DNA from: Octopus sinensis
Lineage: Eukaryota
Length of the DNA stretch: 64,000 nucleotides
Direction: 5' to 3'
NCBI RefSeq assembly: GCF_006345805.1
Contig: NC_043001.1
Location: forward strand, 84,382,001-84,446,000
In this document: piece after piece, positions 51,797 to 64,000 of the stretch
Position numbering within the stretch: the first letter of the stretch is position 1
Layout: every line of letters starts with the position of its first letter
Translations under genes and position numbers: made by a program
Notes under the pieces: generated by a model
Databases searched by the model: none
The model's input: the letters and a program-made list of their open reading frames with translations, nothing else
Told to the model about the DNA's origin: nothing

Positions 51797-52869
51797 CATA
51801 TATATACACATACATATATATACACATACATATATATATGTATGCATATATTTTATTTTATTTTTTCTTTCATGTTGATATATTATTTTGTCTTCTCGTT
51901 TTTAACTACACACAAATAAAATTTGCTGAGAACCGAGTTTCCTTTCATGTCTCTGTTCCTTTTAAAATACCCGATACAATTTTCGCACACTCCCCGCCCC
52001 TGCAAGTAAGCAAATATTACACACATAAATACATATTCTTTTATTTTTCTACTTGTTTCAGTCATTTTACTGCGGCCATGCTGGAGAACCGCATTTATTA
52101 GAACAAATCGATCCCAGGACTTATTTATTGTAAGCTTAGTACTTATTCTGTCTGTCACTTTTGTCGAATCGCTAAGTTACGGAGACGTAAACAGACCAGC
52201 ATCGGTTGTTAGGCAATGGTGGGGAGACAAACACAAACACACAAATACATACATGAATACATATATAATATAAATAATATATATATATATGCATATATAT
52301 ATATATGCATTCACTCACACACACATATGTATATATGCATATATGGGTACAGGACGTCACAAACAGTAAGCAATATGAAATACGAAAACAAGTAAGTTGA
52401 ATACGCAAACAACGAGGGAAACAAATGGAAAACAGGACAAGTAACATAAAGAACGACCCTTCATCAGTAGTCGGTTACCTATCTACTCCTCATTTCGAAC
52501 ATTGTACACCCGTGATAGATTTAGGAAGCAACTAATTTCTACTTTTAATCAATTAGGACTTAAAAATTACAGTAGCTACTAATCTCTCTATAGATGATTA
52601 TTTAGATGTTTCCCTATAAACCTTTCCATAAGCTTAACGAGGAACTCGCATTAATAGATAAACAGTCTTGTCACCCTCCTATAATATTTTTTAAAAAAAA
52701 ACGAAATATTGGCGGTGCCCCAGCATGGCCACAGCTCATAAGCTGAAACTGGAATCAATCAATCAATCAATCAATTGGTAACAGGGTATTTAACCTCTCT
52801 TCTTCCAAATAAATTTTCGAGGTAAATTAATATAATCCCTCTAATAATAATCAAAATATTAATAATATA

Positions 52870-53160
52870 TCGGAGATGTACTCGCATAGCAAGTGATTTG
52901 ATCTGAGATCGTGTGCTGAAACGAAAACAATTGCAGCGTGGAAGGTGTTTGTAAGCCATTTAAGAAACACACAAAAGCCGTTCGATTCACTTCAACATTT
53001 AAGTTTAATTTGTCAAAATATTTTCGTCGCTAAAATCCGCGACCTGTTCACTGACAAAAATCCGTGCTGAACAGGTCGCGGATTTTAGCGACGAAAATAT
53101 TTTGACAAATTAAACTTAAATGTTAAAGTGAATCGAACGGCTTTTGTGTGTTTCTTAAAT
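52870..53160. mobile_element. Palindromic Penelope pseudo-LTR-like element with 93-bp arms
   Basis: 52958-53050 is the reverse complement of 53068-53160 with one mismatch; 17-nt spacer. Confidence 0.85.
53009..53058 (-). ncRNA. Hammerhead-like motif with G3:C8 core variant
   Basis: Minus strand TTTGTCA-GTGAACA-G-GTCGC(GGATTTTA)GCGAC-GAAA-ATAT-TT-TGACAAA. Confidence 0.6.
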
Positions 53161-54233
53161 TGATTAGCTGCAATTGTAATAATATATCCACTGGCATCAA
53201 AGATAAAGTAGAACATAACCACTCTAGTATTAATCAAGATAATAAAAGAGACCTAAAAATATGCAAAGGAAAGTTATTTGGTTCGTCCCTCCCTTTTCCC
53301 TTAGTATAAAAACTAACATTGGTAAATGATTCTTGTTTCTCCTTTCCTCACATTAAGCATATATTTTACAAGGTATTATACCGCCCGCTTCCCAAGCGAT
53401 AGGATGCACTGAATATGTATTTTAGAGTGGATTGTCATCGCTTGCGAGTTAAGTGCCCCTTTTTTTTTCTGAGGTGGTATAATACACTAATCATATGCGT
53501 TACAGCTGAGTGTCACCTCTTGCTAACATAACTGTTCTGCCTTTTTCTCACGCGGTAAGATACATTAAACATATCATAGTATTATACTGTATTAGCAATG
53601 AAAGTGTCAGTATATCATGAGTCAACCGACTAGAAATAACAGCCGAGTTCAACAGAAATCTCATCACCGTCAAATAAAAAATAATGGTATGCGGTGTTAG
53701 ACACCATCTAAAGCTGCAGACTCTACCAGTTTCAAATGAAGCTCACAATGCAGTACTGTTTCTATATCTGGGACAGCATTACTGCTACGCATACATATGT
53801 CTTAGATCGCACCCAGGGAAGGGCCACTCGGGTTGATTAGCTCTCAATCACTAATAGATACGCTTCGACCTCAGGCCTATAGACATGCTGGCTCTTCTTT
53901 CCATATTTTACACCATTACTACAATATAAGTGAAGCGCATGCATGGCTGAATCATTAGGCTGTTGGACTCAAGGTCCTAAGATTGTGGTTTCGATTCCTG
54001 TATCAAGCGATGCGTTGCGTTAAGGAGCAAAACATTTTTATCTCACGTTGCTCTAGTACACTCAAGTTTTTAAAGGGGTGGCAAGCGGGTGATAAATGGT
54101 GGGCTTGCCTAAAAACAAACAGAAGAGAAATTCTGGATTGACCGGCCTTAGGACTACCTACTTTTGGGTACTATAATGGACCCCGCTCAACGGACCTGCT
54201 AGTATTATATGTATATAATGCACACAGACATTA

Positions 54234-54284
<51 letters not shown>

Positions 54285-55395
54285 GGAGTCCACTCAAGCC
54301 CAGCAAAAGTCACCAGCGGTGTCCTCCAGGGGACTATCTTGGGTCCGCTACTCTTCATAATTTACATAAACGACCTTTCCAGTGTCGTACATTACTACAA
54401 AGTGAAAATATTTGCTGATGACACTAAGCTCCAGGAAATCGTCAATGAAGAAGCAGACCGAACTCAACTTCAGTCTGATCTATATGCTGCGAGTCAATGG
54501 GCAGACAGAAACGAAACAAAATGCAAAATGCAACTGAACGAGGGAAAATTTGAGCTGATGCATTTTGGAAGAAATTCCTCACTAAAACAGCCATACTCTC
54601 TTCCTTCAGGGGAACCGCTCACAGCCTCTAACAATATCAGAGACCTGGGTGTAATTGTTGATGACGATCTCAATTGGAGTGCACACATCAACAAGAAGCT
54701 CGATATAGCTCGTAGGATGAGTTCCTGGATCTTAAGAACTTTCCGGTCCAGAGAACAAGGTGCCATCATACCACTTTTCTCCTCCCTTGTACGGCCACAC
54801 CTCGAATACTGCTGCCCACTGTGGTCTCCCCATACAAGACAAAACATATCGAGGATTGAATCACCCCAGAGGGCACTCACTAAACGAATTGAAGGCATGG
54901 CTTCTCTCGATTATTGGGATCGCCTTAAAGCCTTGAAACTCAACTCTCTCCAGCGTCGCCGTGAACGGTACATCATTTGTACGATGTGGAGAATATACCG
55001 CAAACATTGCCCAAACGACCTGAACATTAGCTTCAAGGTTCATCCAAGACTGGGACCACGGGTCATACGTCCCTGCCCAATTCAAGATCACAGCATACAT
55101 GTACACTGCAACATAATTTCTTTTCCTCAACAGGCCCTGCCCTATTTAACATTGTCCCGAAAGAGATCAAAGAAGAAAAGGATCCCATCAACTTTAAACG
55201 GAGTCTGGATAGATTCCTTCAAGGAATATCAGATAAGCCACCCATAATTGGATACAACTCACCCAACAAAAACTCACTACTTGAATGGACCATAAACAAA
55301 ATTTGACTTAAACATGATTCAAATAATCCTACCAGGTGGTGCTATTAAGTTAGACATGGCCTGGACCAATCTTTGGTCGAAACATATCTAAGTTA
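54285..55395 (+). mobile_element. 5'-truncated CR1-like LINE (RT C-terminal half and 3' UTR) inserted in (TA)n
   Basis: SGVLQGTILGPLLFIIYINDL, IFADDTKL, RDLGVIVD, LVRPHLEYCCPLWSP, LNSLQRRR; frameshift near 55075; (TA)n on both flanks. Confidence 0.92.
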
Positions 55396-55428
<33 letters not shown>

Positions 55429-55489
55429 GATATATATATATATATTATATATATATATATGTATATATATTATATATATATATATATAT

Positions 55490-55531
<42 letters not shown>

Positions 55532-55790
55532 ATATATATATATGTATGTATGTATGTATATATATACATACATATATGTATGTATATATATATATATGTA
55601 TATATGCATATATATATACAAATACATATATATGTATATATATTAATGTGTATATATATATATATATATATACACACTCTCCCACACACACACATATATG
55701 TATGAATATATCCATGTATATATATATTATATACATGTATATATATTATATATGTATATATTATATATATGTATATATATATATATATTA
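55396..55790. repeat. Compound (TA)n/(TATG)n microsatellite, representative of dozens of (TA)n, (CA)n, (TAA)n, (CTA)n, (TCTA)n, (TATG)n and (GA)n tracts across the window
   Basis: Direct inspection; these tracts generate most ORFs in the supplied track. Confidence 0.95.
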
Positions 55791-55949
55791 TAGACACTTA
55801 TTCGAAGACAAATATCAACGCGCATATCAAGATTGAAAAGTCTATAATGAGTCACGTGATGCATAAAAACGGTTACAGGTAAGTTCCCCGCCATTATTTC
55901 ACCGCAGGAAAACCGCCATGAATTCGCCATGATGAAAGTTCACTATGAG

Positions 55950-56270
55950 GGAAGTTCACCGCGAAGGAAGTTTATCGAGAAAATATATGCCCTACAGATA
56001 TAATATCTCTGTCAAAATCAAAGAAAAAGAGGATATCTATCGACAGCTGCTTCGAAACCTTCAGTTTCTATATCCAGACTATGAATTCATATTCATACCA
56101 ATAATAATTGGACCCCTAGGTCTTGTTAGTAAATGCTTAAAGGAGAAGCTGAATAAACTGGGATTTTCAGCAAGAGAGATCAACCGGCTAATTCGTACAT
56201 GACAAGTGCAATCTGTGAGGGGAAGAGTAAAATTATGCAAGCCTTTTCTCAAGTTCCAAATATGTCTGCG
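55950..56270 (+). mobile_element. 3' endonuclease remnant of an RLE-type LINE
   Basis: KEKEDIYRQL...FIPIIIGPLG resembles the K..KY..L...PI(V)IGALG terminus. Confidence 0.6.
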
Positions 56271-56466
56271 TTAACTACATCTCAAAGATGGAGCCTTGTA
56301 TCTTTGTTGGAAATTGGCTCCCTCCTCAGTGGAAGATTTCTAATAATTAAAAAAATTGAAGAGATATGCATACACACATACATACACACATACATGCATA
56401 CACACATACACACACACAAACACACACAAACACACACCCACATATTATATATACATATATATATAT

Positions 56467-56525
<59 letters not shown>

Positions 56526-56652
56526 GTATATATGCAAAATACATATACAAACATTAATAGGTACGTACACATATACATGCATACACACATACAACACACA
56601 AACACACACAACACACACACACATATATATATATACATACATATATATATAT

Positions 56653-56727
<75 letters not shown>

Positions 56728-57234
56728 TATTATGCAAATATACATATACAAACATTAATAGGTACGTACACATATACATGCATACACACGCTACTCACAT
56801 ACAAATATTTAAACTATGTAGGGTAATAATTAAGACAGTAATTATTAATTTGATAATGATGGTAGTCCAATATGGTGTTGAAGTTGCATGTTGGTGGAAA
56901 TGGAATGCCGTAGTTTATTTTGTTTTGGTCGCCATGGTGGTAGCTATAGCAAGGCAATAAGGACTGTAATGATGTCGGCGTGCAGAGTCTGAGCAGCTAT
57001 CGCGATGACAACGTATGCTGTCATGGTCAATGCAATGATCACATGCTACACACCTTCCTTCCAAGCACTACTGTAAAGAGCGGAAGTGAGCTAGAACATT
57101 AACACTTATTACACAGCAGAGTTCAAGGTCAATCTTTGTCAAACGGCTTTACTCTGAATGCTTTAGCTTCATTACTATAGCAACAGTCCGGATACTTATT
57201 GATCAAACCTAGTGGTGATATCCTGTACTTGATG

Positions 57235-57283
<49 letters not shown>

Positions 57284-58379
57284 TAATAATAATAATATAA
57301 TAATAATAATAATGATAATAATAATGAATAATAATAATAATAATAATATAATAATAATAATAATAATAATAATATAAAGAATATATAAGCATATGCATAT
57401 ATACACATATATACACATACCTACATATATATGTATATATGCATGCATATATGGGTACAGGACATCCAAAAAAACGTGAACAAAAAGAGAAATGAGATAG
57501 GCAACATAAAGAACATTCCTTTCATTAGTTGTCCCCTGTTTTATCTACTCCGCGTTCGAAGGTAAGGACAAGACGCGACTTCGTGAAAACAGTCTTTCCC
57601 GCAAAGGAAATTAAATAAAATTTGAAACAAGTAAAAGAGTGTACTGCGGGCTTTCCTCAGTTTCAAATCTACTCACAAGGCTTTGATCGACCCGAGGCTA
57701 TAGTACAAGGCACTTGCCCAAGGTGCTATGCAGTGGGACTGAACCCGGAAGCATGTAGTTAGGATGCAAGTTTCTTACTACACAGCCATTCCTGTGCCTA
57801 TACAGCCAAACACAAGCACACAAACAGAAACACACACACATACATAAATATATGTATGTATATATACGATGGGCTTCTTTAAGTTTCGATCTGTCAAATC
57901 TACTCACAAGGTTTGGTGTGCTTTTGGTTAGAATTGAAGACGCTTGCCCAAGTTGCCTCGTAGTGGTATTGAACCCGGAAGCATATGGTTGGAAAGCAAA
58001 CTTCTTACCACACAGCCACACCTATGTTTACTCAAACCATATGCAGGTCTGCGAAATTGCAGATTGCAAAAGAAACGTGCAGAAACGTGCAGTTAAACGG
58101 TTGCAATAGTGGCGACAGTACTTCTGTGTGTGCGTGTGTGTATGTGCGTATGTGTGTGCATGTGTGTATGTGTGTATGTTTGTGTATGTGTGTGTGCGTG
58201 TATGTGTACTTGTACGCATATAAACGTCTGGTGTACGTGGAAACTGAAATAAACCTGCATACAAAGAAGTTATCATGGCGAGGAATGTTAATAAGCTAGG
58301 AAGCCGCTTTGGTACTGATACCGAAACCAGATGGTGCTTAATAGGATAGTTATGCACAATCACACACGCACGCACACAC

Positions 58380-58413
<34 letters not shown>

Positions 58414-59157
58414 GCACACACACATACACACGCACAAACTACACTACGAAAAAAACCGACAAAGAGGAAGAGTGAGGGAGGGAGAGAGGGAGAAATGAAA
58501 ACAGAGAGAACTTAAGCGACCTTTACTTTATTTCCTACGCAGTGCATTCACTATTGTCTTAGTCTTCACATTTCCTTTTGGCTACGTTAAGAGGCCTACA
58601 CACATTCAAATCAAGACATACGGTCACACACCTATACTTCTTCATAGATATACATTCATTCACGTATATTTATAAAAATATTTCCTCTTCCTGAACGTAG
58701 TTGCAACAGTATATTTCCACCGGCCGCATATTTCTAAGAAAATGAGACGCTTGTTCCTATGTATGTATGTATGTATGTATGTATGTATGTATGTATGTAT
58801 GTATGTATGTATGTATGTATGTATATATGTATGTATGTATGTATGTATGGATGGATGGATGGATGGATGGATGGATGGATGGATGGATGTTTTGTGTGTG
58901 TGTGTGTGTATGCGTATATACTTCATATATTTCATGATGTATAATTTCATAGGAAATTGTTAGTACAGTGAAATATTCAATCGTGGAATCATAAACTTAA
59001 GTTTTTGCATTGCATCTACTTGTACAAATGTTCCTTTGTTGATATACATAAGTGAATTCATAGATATATGCGTATACATATATACATGTGACCGCGTGTG
59101 TACCGTTGGCGATTTTTTCCCTCCGTCTCCCCTTCTTTGGATCTTTCCTTTTCCTAT

Positions 59158-59193
59158 GTTTCTGACGAAGAGCTCCGCTCGAAACGCTAAATC
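59158..59193 (+). ncRNA. Minimal hammerhead motif
   Basis: TTT-CTGACGA-A-GAGC(TCC)GCTC-GAAA-CGCTA-AAT. Confidence 0.6.
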
Positions 59194-59320
59194 CTCCTTC
59201 TTTCTTTCCTTTCCTGAGCGTCCAATAACACTATATTTGTTCCACGTCCCCGCGTTGTTATGTTTTCTCTTTGTGTTTTCATGTTTGGATTAACTATATA
59301 TGTATATATATATATATATA

Positions 59321-59368
<48 letters not shown>

Positions 59369-59694
59369 AATAAATAAATAAATATATATATATCGTTGCT
59401 ATTATGTTAAACTGTCGTATGTCCAAATTTGGCCGAATTCGTTTTTTTCTTCAATATATATTTTTACTTGCAATAGCTGTTTTTTTTATGTCAAACTGTC
59501 GTATCTCCAGCGGCCTCCGATGCCAAGATATCAACGTTTTCGAGTTACGACACTATACACAAGCCTCTTCGGGGATTTGATACAAAAAGACAAACAACGA
59601 AATTCCATATAACAGACTGCCAAATTGAATGAAGGTCCTGAAGAGGCTTGTGTAGATACACACACACACACATGTATATATATGTGTATATGTG

Positions 59695-59726
<32 letters not shown>

Positions 59727-61359
59727 TGTATGTATGTATGTATGTATGTTTGTATGCATGCGTGTGTGTGTCTGTATGCATGTATATAATTGGTCTTCAT
59801 GCTCGTCGTGACTGACACTTTACAATAATCACCTATTTTAACCTGTTAGACTCTTTTCTAATGAGCTAAAAAAATTTTGAAATTTTTTCATATCTATGCT
59901 CGGTCTACTATAATTTATTGGCCTTCTAGAAAAGGACGGTCAATTCCCATTTATTTCTTACTCCTATTATAGAGATTGATTTTGCCTTCCAGGCCACAAA
60001 ATGAAGTGGCTGAACCTCATAGCCAAGTTTTATATTCTGCACCAAATGATACCCCACACTTCTCCCTCCTGTCCTCTCTCACAGCCTTTATACCTTCACT
60101 GTAGGCTGCTCCTCTTCTCCCCACTGTTTGGAGGCCTTCCGCTATACCGAGTTCTTTTACAGAGTTTAGGAAAACTGAAGGACTGCTGCAATAGATGTGT
60201 GAATTTGAGAGGGGAATATCTTGAATAAAATCATAATTAAGTGATCCGCTTGTATTTTCTTTTACCGAAAGCCAGGAACTTTTCAGCATACCCTCGTACA
60301 TCTGATTCGGACGTATCAACACTTCCGACCCTACATTGGAGCAGCCATTGATGCTAACGTTGGACTCATTGAATAGGTTTAATAAAAAGATTCTCAAAAT
60401 TATTTGCCTCAATTTATTTTCAAATACAGCTTTTTTTATGAGTGTATCTCTTTCTGAATTCACTCCGATATTAATGACTCAAGTAGAATTATTACCGAAT
60501 GAAATACTTAAATTCTGCTTAACGTGGATGTGTTATAAGAGCACCGTAATACTGCAAAATTTGTGATGAGAAAGTCTCTCGTACAGACGCTTTCTGTATA
60601 GAAGCTCAGAAATACCGTAACAGACCTGAATCGTCTAGCATCGGTGACAAAACTGCTGTATTATGCGATTTAGGCGGTTTCTTTTACGCTTTATCAACTG
60701 CAGGCATCCACTAACACCATGCTAAATAGTCGCTGTTTCTATACATAGCAGTGGAAGGGAGAATTTGCCAACATGCGAACTTAGTGGATGCCTGCAACTG
60801 ATGAGGAATGAAATGCGCCGAAATGCCGTGAGACAACAATTCTGTCACCGATGGCGTGGTGCCAAAGTTTCTGCAAGCTTGCTGCCTCAATGTTATTACT
60901 AAGAGGGGCTTCAAATTTTGTCACAACGCAAGCAATTTTGAGTCTGTGAGGTTAGTCGATACCGTCCACCCCAGTACTCTATTTTTATCAACAGGTGCTC
61001 TGTTTCTATCGACAATGAAGAGATGAAAGTCAAAATTGATCCCGGCTGAATTTGAATTTGGAACGCAATGAGTGAATAGGAAGAAATACCACTAAGCATT
61101 TTATTCGACTCCGCCAGCTCGCACACTGTATGCATGTATATAAACATATACATGTGTGTGGAGGGTGCGTCTTGGTCTTTGATCAACGGTGTTGGATTGT
61201 TTACGTCCCCATAACGCAGCGGTTCAGTAAAAGCGACGGATTAAATAAGTATCAGGCTTAAAGAAAAATAAGCATTAGGACTGATTGTTCGATTAAAGTC
61301 ATTTGACTGCGGCCATGCTGGAGTACCGCCTTTAGTCGAGTAAATCGACCCCAGCACGT

Positions 61360-63205
61360 ATATGTGAGGGAGTATATGTATCTGTTGTGTGTGTGTGTTT
61401 TGCGTGTGTGTGTGTTTGTGTGTGAATGTGTATATGGGTTTGTTATTTAGGTTTTGGGATGTATGTGTTAATTTGTCTGTGTGGGGAGGGAGTGGGTTTT
61501 TGGTGTATATTGAGGTTTATAAGTTAGTTTAGGTATGTGTATAAGTCGTGGGTCTGTGGTTTACGTGTGTGTATTTGTGTGTGAATGTTTAGGTTAGGGG
61601 GATTGCTATATAGGTTTGTTATAGAGTTTAGCAAAGGGAGATTTTATCGTTATATGTTTTTAAGAGTTTTGGTTTATCATGGTTTTTTTTAGGGAATTCG
61701 TGGTAATTTGTCTTTTCGATGTTGGTTGTTTTATTACATTGTTTCATTCATAATTTTTGAGTGGTGTTCGTTTTGCCACGTGAATATTATTTTTAATTCC
61801 ATTTATTCCATTTCTCCATTCATTATTTTAAAAGATGTTCGTTTCCAGAGCGGTTATACTTTTTATACATATGTTAAGTTCCTTGGTAAAGTAATTTTGT
61901 TTGTTGTATATGTTGAGGCTTATATGTACTTGTGGGTGTGTGTGAGTGGGGTGGGTGTTTGTATTTGTTATGGGTGTGTGGTTTACGTGTGTGTATTTGT
62001 GTGTGAATGTATAGGTTAAAGGGATTGCTATATAAGTATGTTATAGTGTTTAGTAAAGGGAGGTTTTATCATTTATGTTTTGTGAGTTTTAGCTTATCAT
62101 GGTAGTTTTATAAAAGAATCCATTCATAATTTTTGTGTTTATTTGTCTGTGTGGGGTTGAGTGGGTTTTTGGAGTATATGTTGAGGTTTATATGTATGTA
62201 TAGGTATGTGTAAGTGGTGTGGGTATTTGTATATGTCGTGGGTGGTGTGTTTACGTGTGTGTATTTGTGTGTGAATGTTTAGGTTAGGGGGATTGCTATA
62301 TAGGTATGTTATAGAGTTTAGTAAAGGGAGATTTTATCATTATATGTTTTTATGAGTTTTGGTTTATCATGGTAGGTTTGTTAAGGAATTCGTAGTAATT
62401 TGTGTCTATTTGCGATGTCTGTTGTTTTATTGCATTGTTTCATTCATAATTTTTAAGTAGTGTTCGTTTTACCAAGTGAATATAATTTTTAATTCCATTT
62501 ATTCCATTTCTCCGTTCATAATTTTAAGTGATGTCCGTTTTCTAGAGCGTGAATGTGGGTTGTTATGTGTGTGTGTGTGGGAGTATGAATAAGTATTGTG
62601 TTGAAGTATTTAGCTATTTTATTTATTTATAGTTGCCTAGACGTTTTTATGTGTATGTATAGGGATATATATATATAGGTGTGTGATTTAGTGTATTAGT
62701 TAGATATGGTTATATATAATTAGGTATATGTGTATGGGTGTATATATAGTTTATTATTATATTATTATTATTTTTTTGTTTTGTTTTATATTTTATATTT
62801 TATATTTTATATTTTATATTTATTGTTGATAGGTTTATTTTAGTTTATATATTGTTTATATATTGATTATATATGGATTATATATAGGTTATATATGGAT
62901 TATATATTTATATTTTTTCATTCATACTTTAATTATTTTAAAATTATTATTTTTATATTTTAAAATATTGATATTTTAGATTGGAAGTCCACCTGAAGAT
63001 TGTCGATCAGACAAGAAACAATTGTAGTGGCGGTTTTTTTGACTATTTATTAAAATTTTATGTATTGATTAAGTCTTTCCTTGTTTGTTTTGCAAAATAG
63101 TGGTTTTGTCTCTAATAATATTTTATAATATTTTACTATAAAATTGGATTTAATCCTAAATCTGATTTTTTTCCCTGTAAATTTGGATTTATTCCCTAAT
63201 ATTTA
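61360..63205. mobile_element. Strand-asymmetric G/T-rich element with internal direct duplications, Penelope-like, ending near a hammerhead motif
   Basis: About 61480-61850 is repeated at about 62150-62550, with a third partial copy near 61910-62120; hammerhead at 62989-63030. Confidence 0.55.
62989..63030 (+). ncRNA. Minimal type-I hammerhead ribozyme
   Basis: CCAC-CTGAAGA-TTGTC(GATCA)GACAA-GAAA-CAATTG-TA-GTGG: stem I, intact core, 5-bp stem II, palindromic stem III, GUA cleavage triplet. Confidence 0.85.
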
Positions 63206-63206
63206 T

Positions 63207-63248
<42 letters not shown>

Positions 63249-63946
63249 AAGTTAACTTCTCGAGTCAAACCGACTTATAAGGGCTGGTTTCTCGGTTTCA
63301 TGAGATATATATTCCTCTCTCCGCCTGGATGGGACACCGGTCTGTCGTAGGATTACTCATGTGAAATGAAATGTTTTGCTCAAGATCCAGGAATCGAAAC
63401 CATAATTTTACGATCATGAGTTCAACGTTCTAACCACTAAGCCATGCGCCGTCGCATGAAATAAAGTGTTTTGCTCAAGAACTCAATGCACTGCTTGGTT
63501 CTGGAATTGAAACCACGATCTTGTAATCGTGAATGCAACACTAACAATGAGCCACACGCCTTCACTGACCTTATGGATACAGATATTCTTGTTTTGTTTT
63601 TCGTTTATAATTAAAAGATCCTGTCCTATTTTAGTATCCAGCATGCTACAGTCGTTCACATTCGGGAATATGACAACTGATGATTATAACAGATTAACAC
63701 AATTGAAAAGTATAAATGTCAACGGTATATAAAACTTCAACTGTAAGCATGGGGTTGAAAGTCAGAAAAATTAAACCGTTCGTTTTATAAACTTAAATAA
63801 AAAGAGTATATGATAGAAACGAAAATGACCCCTTATGAGAAATATGTGAGAATGATAAAGGGCGATAACAAACAAAATCTCTGTAGGTAAGCAGCACGTG
63901 TATATGTTTATATTTTTCAGCATGTGTATGTACTATAAATTCATAG

Positions 63947-63984
<38 letters not shown>

Positions 63985-64000
63985 TTGGTGCGTGTATTTG

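Noticed and set aside
52450-52500. Minus-strand CTGATGA in a dispersed repeat (related sequence near 38145 and 57520)
   Set aside because: No downstream stem II plus GAAA could be assembled.
63841-63892. Plus-strand ATG and donor-like TAG|GTAAGC near the right edge
   Set aside because: Only 11 codons, with no homology or partner exon in the window.

Overview
Eukaryotic, AT-rich, microsatellite-dense genomic DNA. The SINE/LINE/Penelope content and (TA)n/(CA)n/(TAA)n density are consistent with an octopus-type cephalopod, although this is inference. The one host gene I can support is a large minus-strand transglutaminase (protein-glutamine gamma-glutamyltransferase). Twelve coding exons were read by hand between 42424 and 96, all with GT-AG boundaries and matching phases. 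The gene runs off the left edge. The exon(s) carrying the catalytic His and Asp are absent from the visible sequence, probably because they fall in the N-gap at 14200-14299. The first coding exon encodes an MG...CxxC-polybasic N-terminus suggesting lipid anchoring. The rest of the window is transposon debris: three tRNA-derived SINE families, R4/Dong-like, RTE-like, CR1-like and Penelope-like retroelement fragments, a Tc1/mariner relic, MITEs and Helitron-like ends. The most unusual non-coding signal is a set of about ten minimal type-I hammerhead-ribozyme motifs in several unrelated short repeats. These include one textbook copy (62989-63030) and a variant with a compensatory G3:C8 core swap inside a 93-bp-arm palindrome (53009-53058). 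Nearly all ORFs in the supplied track are microsatellite artefacts.
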